From positions 27,343 through 91,342 of the forward strand of contig JAGQJT010000002.1 of NCBI GenBank assembly GCA_020430505.1: 64,000 bases of DNA, read 5' to 3'. Positions 26,753 through 35,428 of this stretch are shown here, one piece after another. The position numbers and the translations under genes were made by a program. The DNA is from Nanobdellota archaeon (GTDB taxonomy: Archaea > Nanobdellota > Nanobdellia > Pacearchaeales > GW2011-AR1). The stretch's first letter is position 1; every line of letters starts with the position of its first letter. Under the pieces are notes generated by a model. It worked only from the letters and a program-made list of their open reading frames with translations, made no database searches and had not been told where the DNA came from.

Positions 26753-27196
26753 ATGATAAAGAACAAAAAAGGATGGATAAAAATACTGGAAGCTTTTATA
26801 GCAATACTTTTATTGATAGTTGTAATCTCCTCAATAGTAATAAGCAACAATTCAAATGACAACAGTTTAGAAAAACAAGTGCACGAAATAGAAAGTTCAA
26901 TCCTAAAAGAAATTCAGGTTAATGAAACACTAAGATCGAAAGTTTTATCTCAATCAGAAATAGTGAAGAGCGGCGAAGAAAACTTCCCAGAGATATTACA
27001 AATGCACCTAAATAATTCTGCGCCCCCTAGTTTGAATTGCTCTGGAAAAATTTGTGGATTTTCGGATGATTGCACCCTCACAGAGGAGGAACTACCCCAA
27101 GTAAACAAAGATATTTACGTAAAATCTACTCTAATCAGCGCAGATCACGATATTTATTCGCCAAAAAATGTTGTGATATTTTGTTGGAGAAACTAA
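26753..27196 (+). CDS. Pilin-like protein
   Basis: ORF track starts at 26702; ATG 26753 gives MIKNKKGWIKILEAFIAILLLIVVISSIV, a KKG|W class-III-like N-terminus. Confidence 0.45.
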   Translation: MIKNKKGWIKILEAFIAILLLIVVISSIVISNNSNDNSLEKQVHEIESSILKEIQVNETLRSKVLSQSEIVKSGEENFPEILQMHLNNSAPPSLNCSGKICGFSDDCTLTEEELPQVNKDIYVKSTLISADHDIYSPKNVVIFCWRN

Positions 27197-27197
27197 T

Positions 27198-27605
27198 ATG
27201 AAGAAATTTATTTTTCTTGAACATACTGCAGATATTAAGTTTCAAGCTTTTGGAAAAAGTTTAGAAAAAGCTTTTGAAAATTCGGCTTATGCGTTAAAAA
27301 AAACAATCTATTCAAAAAAAATTAAAAAAAAATTAATTAAAAAAGTCTCTATTAAAGGAAAAGACCAAGAAAGTTTATTATATAACTTTTTAGAGGAACT
27401 AATTTTTTTATTTGATTCAGAAAAATTTTTATTATCAAAAATAAAAGAATTGAAAATAGAGGAGAATAAATTAAAAGCTATCTTAGTTGGAGATCTAGCA
27501 GAAAACTATAATCTTGAGATGCATATAAAAGCCATAACTTATAATGAAATGTTTGTTAAAAAAGAAAAAAACAAATGGATTGTGCAAGTTGTTTTGGACA
27601 TTTAG
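27198..27605 (+). CDS. Archease (RtcB activator)
   Basis: 135 aa; N-terminal FLEHTADIKFQAFG matches the archease signature E-H-T-A-D-x-x-x-x-x-x-G. Confidence 0.8.
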   Translation: MKKFIFLEHTADIKFQAFGKSLEKAFENSAYALKKTIYSKKIKKKLIKKVSIKGKDQESLLYNFLEELIFLFDSEKFLLSKIKELKIEENKLKAILVGDLAENYNLEMHIKAITYNEMFVKKEKNKWIVQVVLDI

Positions 27606-27641
27606 TTAATAATATAAATTAAAATGATTTAGATTTAGTGC

Positions 27642-28520
27642 ATGAAAAAAGAAAGAGATTTTCGAGAAAAAACACCTCTCTACAGAAAAATAGGGAGAAG
27701 AGAATTTTTAAAGTATTCTGGAAAAATTGCAGGAGGGATAGCTGTAGGAGGTTTGATTGGATATGGAGTTGGAAAACCTTATCAAATGGGAAAAGAATTT
27801 TACAATGAAGAGGTTGCCCCTTTAAAAGATAAAACAGAAAAAGCATTAGAGAGTTATGAAGAAAAAACAGGAAAAGCCAAAAAGTGGTATCATAATACTA
27901 AAGAGGATCTGAAAAAACTATTCAAAGGAAAAGATTCTCAAAAGAAAGAATCTAAAAAAGAACCAAAAGAAAACCCTAACGGTCTTGAGAAAAAAGTTTC
28001 AAGAAAAGGGTTTTTTCAAACCTTTGGAAAATTATTCCATAATTATCCTGTAACTACTGGAACTACCACTGGTGCAACAATTGGGGGAGCGACAGGAGCT
28101 TTGAAAGGAAATAAAGATTATAGAAGGGCAAAAAAAATAAGAGGCATGGGAGATACAATAAAAGGACAGGGAAGAAAAATAATGGAACAAGAAGAAAGAA
28201 TAAGATATTTAGAAGAAGAAATGTTAAAATTACAAAATTATGGTAATTTGACCAAAGATCAAAAGAAAGAGTTAGAAGATAATTCAAAAGAGTTAGGTAA
28301 ACTAGAGAAGAATATTTCAGATGAAGAGGGGAGAGGAGGAAGTGTTTCATTAATAGTTCTGGGATTTTTAGGAATTTTGTTCGCAGGAATAGCTTCAGCA
28401 ATTAGAATAACTGGAAATAGTGTAATAAAAGAAAATTTCTTAAAGACCCCTTTGATTTCTGTAGTTATATTCCTTGTCTCACTTTTGATAGTTTTTATTG
28501 GAATAAAAATTAGAAAATGA
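27642..28520 (+). CDS. Tat-motif-containing K/E-rich coiled-coil protein with C-terminal TM anchor
   Basis: RREFLKYSGKIAGGIAVGGLIG is a twin-arginine consensus (S/T-R-R-x-F-L-K) plus an h-region; the middle is a K/E-rich predicted coiled coil; two C-terminal hydrophobic helices; ATGA overlap with rtcB. Confidence 0.5.
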   Translation: MKKERDFREKTPLYRKIGRREFLKYSGKIAGGIAVGGLIGYGVGKPYQMGKEFYNEEVAPLKDKTEKALESYEEKTGKAKKWYHNTKEDLKKLFKGKDSQKKESKKEPKENPNGLEKKVSRKGFFQTFGKLFHNYPVTTGTTTGATIGGATGALKGNKDYRRAKKIRGMGDTIKGQGRKIMEQEERIRYLEEEMLKLQNYGNLTKDQKKELEDNSKELGKLEKNISDEEGRGGSVSLIVLGFLGILFAGIASAIRITGNSVIKENFLKTPLISVVIFLVSLLIVFIGIKIRK

Positions 28521-29881
28521 AATCAAAAAATATTAAAGAAATAAAAAAAGAAGGAAAAATGAAAGTACCTGGGATCATTTATGCTTCTGAGAAACTTTTG
28601 AAAAGCATTGAAAATGATAAGACAACCAATCAAATAAAAAATGTGGCAGAGCTGCCAGGAATTTTAAAAGCCTCTATGGCAATGCCAGATGCACACAGAG
28701 GATATGGTTTTTGCATAGGAGGAGTTGCTGCTTTTGATTTGAAAGAGGGGGTAATTTCACCTGGGGGAGTTGGATATGATATAAATTGTGGGGTGAGATT
28801 ATTAAAAACAAATTTAACTTTAAAAGATCTTAAGGGAAAAGAAAAAAAACTCTCTGAAAAACTGTATGAAAAAATTCCTTCTGGAGTTGGAAGAGGAAGC
28901 CCATTTCAATTAACCTATAGAGAATTGGATGAAGTTTTAGAAAAAGGCGTAGAATATTTAATTGAAAAGGGTTATGCAAAAAAAGAAGATTTGAAGCATA
29001 TTGAAGAAGGTGGAAGATTAAAAAAATCTGATAGTTCAAAAGTCTCTGAAAGAGCAAAAAAAAGAGGTATTGGGCAATTAGGAACTCTTGGTTCAGGAAA
29101 CCACTTCTTAGATGTCCAAATAGTTGAAGAAATATTTGATAAGAAAATCGCTAAAAAATGGGACTTGAAAAAAGACCAACTTGTTGTGATGGTTCATTGT
29201 GGTTCTAGGGGGCTAGGCCATCAAGTTGCTTCAGACTACATAAAATTGATGGAAGAAGAGTATGGAATAGAAAATTTGCCTGATAGAGAGTTAATTAATG
29301 CTCCAATAAAAAGTAAACTTGGAAAGGATTACCTACTTGCAATGAACTCTGCGGCAAATTTTGCCTTTGCTAATAGACAAATAGTTACACATTGGACAAG
29401 AGAGGTTTTTGAAGAGATTTTTCCAAAATCAAAAGTAGAAATCATATATGATGTTTGCCACAACATAGCAAAAATTGAAGAATACAAAATCAATGGAAAA
29501 AAAAGAAAAGTTTGTGTGCATCGAAAAGGCGCAACTAGAAGTTTTGAAAACCAACCAGTTTTAATTCCAGGGAGCATGGGCACTTCGAGTTATATTTTAG
29601 TTGGAACAAAAAAAGCAGAGAAAGAAACCTTTGGCTCAACAGCTCATGGTGCAGGAAGAGTAATGGGAAGGAAAAATGCCAAAGAAAATTTAAGTTTAAA
29701 AAGTTTGGAAAAAGATTTGAAGAACAAAAAAATAATAATAAAAGCAGGAAGTAAAAAAACAATGTTGGAAGAATCTCCAGAAGTTTACAAAGATATTGAA
29801 GAAGTAATAAAAGTTGTTGAAGGGTTAGGAATATCCAAAAGAGTTGCTAAATTAAAACCTGCAATAGTAATAATTGGGTAG
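28517..29881 (+). CDS. rtcB: RNA-splicing ligase RtcB (3'-phosphate/5'-hydroxyl ligase)
   Basis: 454 aa (short form); GVGYDINCGVRLL, HCGSRGLGHQVA, GSGNHF, CHNIA, PGSMGTSSYIL and AHGAGR are all diagnostic RtcB motifs. Confidence 0.85.
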   Translation: MKSKNIKEIKKEGKMKVPGIIYASEKLLKSIENDKTTNQIKNVAELPGILKASMAMPDAHRGYGFCIGGVAAFDLKEGVISPGGVGYDINCGVRLLKTNLTLKDLKGKEKKLSEKLYEKIPSGVGRGSPFQLTYRELDEVLEKGVEYLIEKGYAKKEDLKHIEEGGRLKKSDSSKVSERAKKRGIGQLGTLGSGNHFLDVQIVEEIFDKKIAKKWDLKKDQLVVMVHCGSRGLGHQVASDYIKLMEEEYGIENLPDRELINAPIKSKLGKDYLLAMNSAANFAFANRQIVTHWTREVFEEIFPKSKVEIIYDVCHNIAKIEEYKINGKKRKVCVHRKGATRSFENQPVLIPGSMGTSSYILVGTKKAEKETFGSTAHGAGRVMGRKNAKENLSLKSLEKDLKNKKIIIKAGSKKTMLEESPEVYKDIEEVIKVVEGLGISKRVAKLKPAIVIIG

Positions 29882-29911
29882 TTTTATAAAATTAAAAGAG
29901 GTATTAATTAT

Positions 29912-31018
29912 ATGAAAAAAGAGGCTATTTTGTTATTTCTATTAATTGCTTTAATATTTGGAACTAATTTAATTGACGGGGCAGCAGCTCCAACAAATTG
30001 TGGGGATGGAATAATCCAATTTGATGAGGGAGAAGTTTGTGATGGGGGGGGATTTGAAGATCCTTACTGCAATAGTGAATGCGGGTGTAATAATCCTGAT
30101 TTTGAAGTGGCTTTTGTAGAGGATAAATGGGAAACAGGATGTGGATACATTTTCAACCCCCCAAATGGAGGATATGTTTCTACAAGAGATGTTTTTGATA
30201 TTCCTGTATCGGGAACAGGTGAAATTTATTTAACAATCGAAAGAAGTGGAGACACTCAACTTTGTGAAAATTTCTATTTAGAATATCCTTTTGGAGAAAA
30301 TTCAAAAATTTACTTTTATGATCCTCCTGGAGAAAACTTTACTTTTGAAAGTAATGGGACATTTAATTTTCTCGCTGGAGATGATCAACCCTTAAACATA
30401 GTCTCTTTTGGCTGCACTTGTGGAGGAGTTAGCAGCGTTCATGTAAGAAACGTTTGCATTTGGATGCCGGAAGAAGAGACATTTGATTCTTGCGAAGAGG
30501 TAAAAAGCGAAAGCATTTGCAATTCGCAAATCGATACTTCTGCTGCAAAATATAGCGTAAATCAGAGAATTAGAACCATACTTGGAAATGAAGAATATGA
30601 GAGTACTTATCCCGCAGGGTTTTGTGAATCTCAGATAACCAATGGCGAATGTACTTTAGATCCAACTTCTTGTTCTTGTGAGTGGGATTCTTATACGGAA
30701 AGTTGTGAACCAAAATATGAATTAATTTCTTCTGAAGAAAATTGTGCAGATTTTGAGGGAGAGTGTTTGTACAGTTCTTTAGAAGTTATTAATGAATGTG
30801 AGGATAGAGGTTTTTTAACCTATATATGGGGAAGAACTTGGACAGGATTAGTGGAAAACACTCCTGCAGAATGTGTGCCCGTAAGCGGAGTAATTCTTTG
30901 TGAAACACTTATAAAATTTCCTTTATTTGGAAAGATCAACTTTCTCCCATCGGTTTTAATTCTTGCGATAGTTTATTTTTTAGTTTATAGAAAAAGAAAA
31001 CTTAAAGCATCCTCTTAG
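29912..31018 (+). CDS. Secreted Cys-rich protein with CGDG-type repeat and C-terminal TM anchor
   Basis: 368 aa; signal peptide; NCGDGIIQFDEGEVCDGGG (same motif as in the 42455 pilin-like protein); about 30 Cys; C-terminal helix plus YRKRKLK. Confidence 0.5.
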   Translation: MKKEAILLFLLIALIFGTNLIDGAAAPTNCGDGIIQFDEGEVCDGGGFEDPYCNSECGCNNPDFEVAFVEDKWETGCGYIFNPPNGGYVSTRDVFDIPVSGTGEIYLTIERSGDTQLCENFYLEYPFGENSKIYFYDPPGENFTFESNGTFNFLAGDDQPLNIVSFGCTCGGVSSVHVRNVCIWMPEEETFDSCEEVKSESICNSQIDTSAAKYSVNQRIRTILGNEEYESTYPAGFCESQITNGECTLDPTSCSCEWDSYTESCEPKYELISSEENCADFEGECLYSSLEVINECEDRGFLTYIWGRTWTGLVENTPAECVPVSGVILCETLIKFPLFGKINFLPSVLILAIVYFLVYRKRKLKASS

Positions 31019-32480
31019 TCATTTTTATTCCTATAAGACTCAATAATCCAAATAGAACAATAAATCCTAAAAGAAAATAGATTTCAGTCAGAAATGAAAC
31101 ATAACTCAAATTAAATAACATAACTTTTTTTAGCGCCCCATCAACAAGAACTAAAGGATTGAAAATTGCAAATTTTTGAAAGCTAGAAGAGATTGTTTCG
31201 ACAGGGAGGATTGTATTTGAGAAGAACATTAATAGTGCTGATATGATTACTCCTGAAAAGATTGTTGTCTCTTCTGATCTAAAAAGATAGCCAATAAAAG
31301 TTCCTATCAAAACAAAAGTTGTTAAAGCCAATAACAAGATAACAACGGTTTCTGCAAAAACATTAAGTAAAGAAATTTTTAAGATTAATTCCAATCCTGC
31401 AAAAACGATTGCAAATTGAAGTATTAGAATAATCAAACAAGTAAAATAGTTTCCCAAGAAGAATGTGAAATCTTTTGTGGGAGTTACAAAATTTCTGAAG
31501 TATGCTCTAGTTTTTCTTTCTTTTAAAACAAAAGTAGAAGATAACAAAACTCCTCCAAATAAAGCAAGCAAAGCTAAAATAGTTGGGATCAGATAACTTC
31601 TGTTATTAGTGCTATAATTTACGGACTCAATTCTTGTTTTCAAAGGAGAAACAATTTTTTCTGCATCCAAAACTTTTGCTGAATCTAATGAGATTATTAG
31701 GGAATCTAAATTATTAGAAACTTCCAATAAAGAGGAACTTATCTCTTCACTGTAAGAATCAATTTTATCTATGTTTCCAGAAAGTTCATAAGTTGAATTT
31801 CTAATAATTTGCAAATCTGATATAGAATCAGAAATTTTTGCTTTTAATTCAGAACTATTAGCAAGATCTTTGGCATCTTCCAGAGAACTTATTGCTGAAT
31901 CAATATCACTCAAAGAGATTCCTGAACCAGATAAAGATTTTATTTCGTCTGATTTAGATTTTGAACTTTCAATCAAAGAATTTTGCTCTGGAAGAGATTC
32001 CTTTGCTTCTGATAAAACTAAAACAATGCTTTCCGCTAAACCGACTCCAAGAGAAGAACCTTTTTCAGAAATTTTTCCTTCTATTTCATTTATTAATTTA
32101 TATGCAAGATTAATTCTTGAATTATCTACATAAAAGGTGATCTCTTCCAAACTACCCGTTTCAGAAAGATCTGTCGGAAACAAGATACAAATCTGAGTTT
32201 TACTTAACTTTACTGAATCTAAACATTCTTCTTTTGAAGTGTACTTATTTATGGCAAAATTTTGGTTTGAAAATCCTGCTAATACTTCTTCAGTCAAATC
32301 TGAATAAGAACCAGAATGAGTTCCTATAATTATTCCGGAAACTCCAGACGAATTAAAAGCATATCCTGCTAGAAGGATTATCAAAAAGGGCGCCAAAATT
32401 ATTGCAATTGTTGAAAACTTAGATCTCCAAAGGATTTTAAAATTCTTTTTTATTATTGCAGATAAAGCTCTAATCCCCAT
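31002..32480 (-). CDS. ABC-2 family transporter permease with large extracytoplasmic loop
   Basis: 492 aa; N-terminal TM, about 250-aa Ser-rich extracellular domain, then five C-terminal TM helices; directly upstream of the ABC ATPase. Confidence 0.7.
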   Translation of the reverse strand: MGIRALSAIIKKNFKILWRSKFSTIAIILAPFLIILLAGYAFNSSGVSGIIIGTHSGSYSDLTEEVLAGFSNQNFAINKYTSKEECLDSVKLSKTQICILFPTDLSETGSLEEITFYVDNSRINLAYKLINEIEGKISEKGSSLGVGLAESIVLVLSEAKESLPEQNSLIESSKSKSDEIKSLSGSGISLSDIDSAISSLEDAKDLANSSELKAKISDSISDLQIIRNSTYELSGNIDKIDSYSEEISSSLLEVSNNLDSLIISLDSAKVLDAEKIVSPLKTRIESVNYSTNNRSYLIPTILALLALFGGVLLSSTFVLKERKTRAYFRNFVTPTKDFTFFLGNYFTCLIILILQFAIVFAGLELILKISLLNVFAETVVILLLALTTFVLIGTFIGYLFRSEETTIFSGVIISALLMFFSNTILPVETISSSFQKFAIFNPLVLVDGALKKVMLFNLSYVSFLTEIYFLLGFIVLFGLLSLIGIKMTKRML

Positions 32481-33351
32481 CTTTGCCCTCCTTATCTAAC
32501 TTGTCTAAAATTCCGTATAATTTTGAAGAATCCACAACCAAACTTTTTTTCATAGAGGATTTCTTTTTTGATTTTTCAACCTTTGACTTCTTTTCTGAGG
32601 ATTCTTGATAGGTTTTCCTTCCTTTTTTTGAGAAGATTTTCTTAAAAACATCATCCAAACTGGAAGATTTGTACTTTTGTTTTATTTTTTTGGGAGACCC
32701 TTCTTCCACAATTTTTTCGTTGTACAATATAGCAATTCTGTCACACAAATCTTCAGCTTCAGAGAGTAATTGAGTTGTTAATATGACTGTTGTTCCATGA
32801 GAATTTATTTTCTTAATTAAATTTGTAATTTGCTCCCTTAATAAAGGATCAAGATCTGCGGTAGGTTCGTCTAGAATTAAAACTGCAGGATTGTGAATTA
32901 AAGAGCACCCAATATCCAATCTTTTTTTCATTCCTATAGATAAATCTCCTGCAAGAGTGTTTTCTGCTTTTGTCAGATCCATTAATCCAATTATTTCTTC
33001 AACCCTTTTTCTTAAAATTTTTCTCTTCACATGAAATAATCTTCCGAAATGAAAAAGATTTTCTTTAACACTTAATTTTTCATAAAATGAACCATCTTCA
33101 ACAGAAAGACCAAAAATTTTTGATAGAGCAAACCTGCCTTTTTTTATATTTCTTCTTAAATAAAAAATATTTCCTCTGTTTGGTTTGTAAAATGAAACAA
33201 TCATTTTTAGAATTGTAGATTTTCCTTCACCAGAGGCGCCTATAATTCCGGTTATTTTTCCTTCTGGAATTGTTAAATCAATATTATCTAGAACAACATT
33301 CTTCCCAAACTTTTTTGACACCCCTTTAAACTGGATTAACTCTGTATCCAT
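32470..33351 (-). CDS. ABC transporter ATP-binding protein
   Basis: Walker A GASGEGKST; signature LSIGMKKRL; Walker B LILDEPT; K-rich C-terminal tail. Confidence 0.85.
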   Translation of the reverse strand: MDTELIQFKGVSKKFGKNVVLDNIDLTIPEGKITGIIGASGEGKSTILKMIVSFYKPNRGNIFYLRRNIKKGRFALSKIFGLSVEDGSFYEKLSVKENLFHFGRLFHVKRKILRKRVEEIIGLMDLTKAENTLAGDLSIGMKKRLDIGCSLIHNPAVLILDEPTADLDPLLREQITNLIKKINSHGTTVILTTQLLSEAEDLCDRIAILYNEKIVEEGSPKKIKQKYKSSSLDDVFKKIFSKKGRKTYQESSEKKSKVEKSKKKSSMKKSLVVDSSKLYGILDKLDKEGKDGD

Positions 33352-33381
33352 GAAGAGATTAAATCAAAAGAGGTTTTAAAA

Positions 33382-35301
33382 TTATTGCTTGATAATCTTT
33401 TGAGTAGAGATAGGTTGATTATCTGCGGATATTTCTAAGAAGTACATTCCATCAGCAAAATTTGATATATCGAACTCCATTATATTCTTTCCAATAAATT
33501 GCTCTTCTCCAAATTGATCTACTAATCTTCCATTCATATCATAAATTTCTGCAGTCATTCTCTTATTATTATGAAGCTCATAATTAACATTGAATTTCCC
33601 TTTTGTGGGCATAGGATATGGCTTTGAAACAAGATCTTCCAAAGTTTTATTTCCTATTTTATCCATTAAATCAACATTAATATATTGAGTTGAGTCTCTC
33701 TGATTTCCGCATACATCTGTTGCAGTCCAATGTCTAGCCCAATTTTTGAAAGGATCATCACCAGACAACAATTCATCTTCATAAGTAATTTCTATTGGAA
33801 GTCCTGAATTATCTGTTGCTTCGGGATAACCAAGATTATCTGGACTCATAGAATCATTTTTTGTTATTAGAGTATCCGAAGGAAAATAAGTAAATTCTGG
33901 AGCTGTGAAATCATGAACGTTTATGTATTGAATGTGTGTAGCTGAAGGAGTGTTAGATGAATTATAAGCTCCTGCTTCGTAATTCCATAAATGCTCTTCT
34001 TCAAATGTGACATCTGAGCAACTCCCATTTGAAGTTTGATTTGAATTAGTTAAATGATTTATTTTTGTTCCAGCATAATACAAACTATCCGGATATCCTG
34101 GATCAATAACCATTCCTTGTGAAAATTCTAAATCTTGATCTTCAGGGTTTTTTATTTGCTCGAAAGGATTCCAAGATAATACTAAATCTGGATTTTGGAA
34201 AGAAATTGAGGGGCTACCACTAGAGAGATCATATTTAACCATCGAACGCGCATAATAATCCCATTTTTGCAAGGCATTACTAAAACAATAACCATGCCAA
34301 CTTTCATTAGCAAATTCATCTTCGTCCATAGAATAGTCTCCCGGAACTACTACATTCCCCGTCTGAGGTTCTGAATAAATACGGTTAGTAAATTCAAGAG
34401 AATTTTGATTTTCGGGGGAACCTAAATAAGCCATTACAATTTCGTGAGGAACTCCAGCAGTGGTAACTGTTGCAACTCTTCTTAAAGGAATTCTAAAAAT
34501 TCCGTTATGGGATAGATCATATTGCAAATTAGTTCCATTGTTTTCTGCATAAGGAGAGTTTTCTATATCGTAAATCCCATTGCAATAAATAAAATCTTGA
34601 GTTCCATAATTATAGCAATCCCAACCAGATGAAATCGCATTTACATCTTTTGTAGGAGTATTTTGACGATAAAAATCATAATAAGTTATTTTTTCTGCCA
34701 AAGGAGCTAGTTCAAATACATTTATTTGATTTCTAAATCCATCAACATATTCTTGAATAATTTGTTTATCTGCTGCATCAACATCACCGTCTAAATCAGT
34801 GTCCCCTCTATAATTTCCATCATTAAATGGATCTATCGAGGTTATAGATGAATTCACATCTTCTTGATTTATCACGCCATCCCCATTTATATCTCCAGAA
34901 CCATAGAAATCAGTTGTGTAGGAGTAAGTTGAATCATAAGCAGGAACATACATATTCAAACCATATCTTGGATCTTGAGAGTAATCTTGTATACTTTTAA
35001 GGTTGTCTTCTAGAGTATTCTTAGTTTTTGAAGATACAATTGTATCTCCTTTTTCATTAATATGAAAATATTTTCCATCTTTTTCAAAGTCCTTAGAAAA
35101 ATCTTCTTTTTTTGTTTCGTAAGTTCCTTCTGGTAGCTTTTCAAAACTATTTTTATTGTCTAAGTTGTAGGTCATCTCTGTAAAAGATTTAGTATTTTGA
35201 AGGTACCTTGTTCCACTAACAAAAGAGGGATATACTACACTTCCAAGAGCAACCATCCCCAACAATGAGTTCTTCAAAGTCTTGAATAATTTATTAACCA
35301 T
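33382..35301 (-). CDS. Secreted protein with a type-I dockerin-like module and a T9SS/Por-type C-terminal beta-sandwich tail
   Basis: Signal peptide; GDINGDGVINQEDVN...GDTDLDGDVDAADKQIIQEYV is a duplicated dockerin Ca-binding loop; the C-terminal about 75 aa (AEIYDMNGRLV...FDISNFADGMYFLEI...QKIIKQ) match the Por_Secre_tail pattern. Confidence 0.6.
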   Translation of the reverse strand: MVNKLFKTLKNSLLGMVALGSVVYPSFVSGTRYLQNTKSFTEMTYNLDNKNSFEKLPEGTYETKKEDFSKDFEKDGKYFHINEKGDTIVSSKTKNTLEDNLKSIQDYSQDPRYGLNMYVPAYDSTYSYTTDFYGSGDINGDGVINQEDVNSSITSIDPFNDGNYRGDTDLDGDVDAADKQIIQEYVDGFRNQINVFELAPLAEKITYYDFYRQNTPTKDVNAISSGWDCYNYGTQDFIYCNGIYDIENSPYAENNGTNLQYDLSHNGIFRIPLRRVATVTTAGVPHEIVMAYLGSPENQNSLEFTNRIYSEPQTGNVVVPGDYSMDEDEFANESWHGYCFSNALQKWDYYARSMVKYDLSSGSPSISFQNPDLVLSWNPFEQIKNPEDQDLEFSQGMVIDPGYPDSLYYAGTKINHLTNSNQTSNGSCSDVTFEEEHLWNYEAGAYNSSNTPSATHIQYINVHDFTAPEFTYFPSDTLITKNDSMSPDNLGYPEATDNSGLPIEITYEDELLSGDDPFKNWARHWTATDVCGNQRDSTQYINVDLMDKIGNKTLEDLVSKPYPMPTKGKFNVNYELHNNKRMTAEIYDMNGRLVDQFGEEQFIGKNIMEFDISNFADGMYFLEISADNQPISTQKIIKQ

Positions 35302-35428
35302 TTTTAATAATGTAACTAGTCAGTAGTAATTTATAAAGCTTTTGGATTATTAAAAAGTTAAAACAATCTCATAAATAGTGTAATTTAATAAAAGAAATAT
35401 TTATAAAAAAGAATTGCTAACCTATTTA

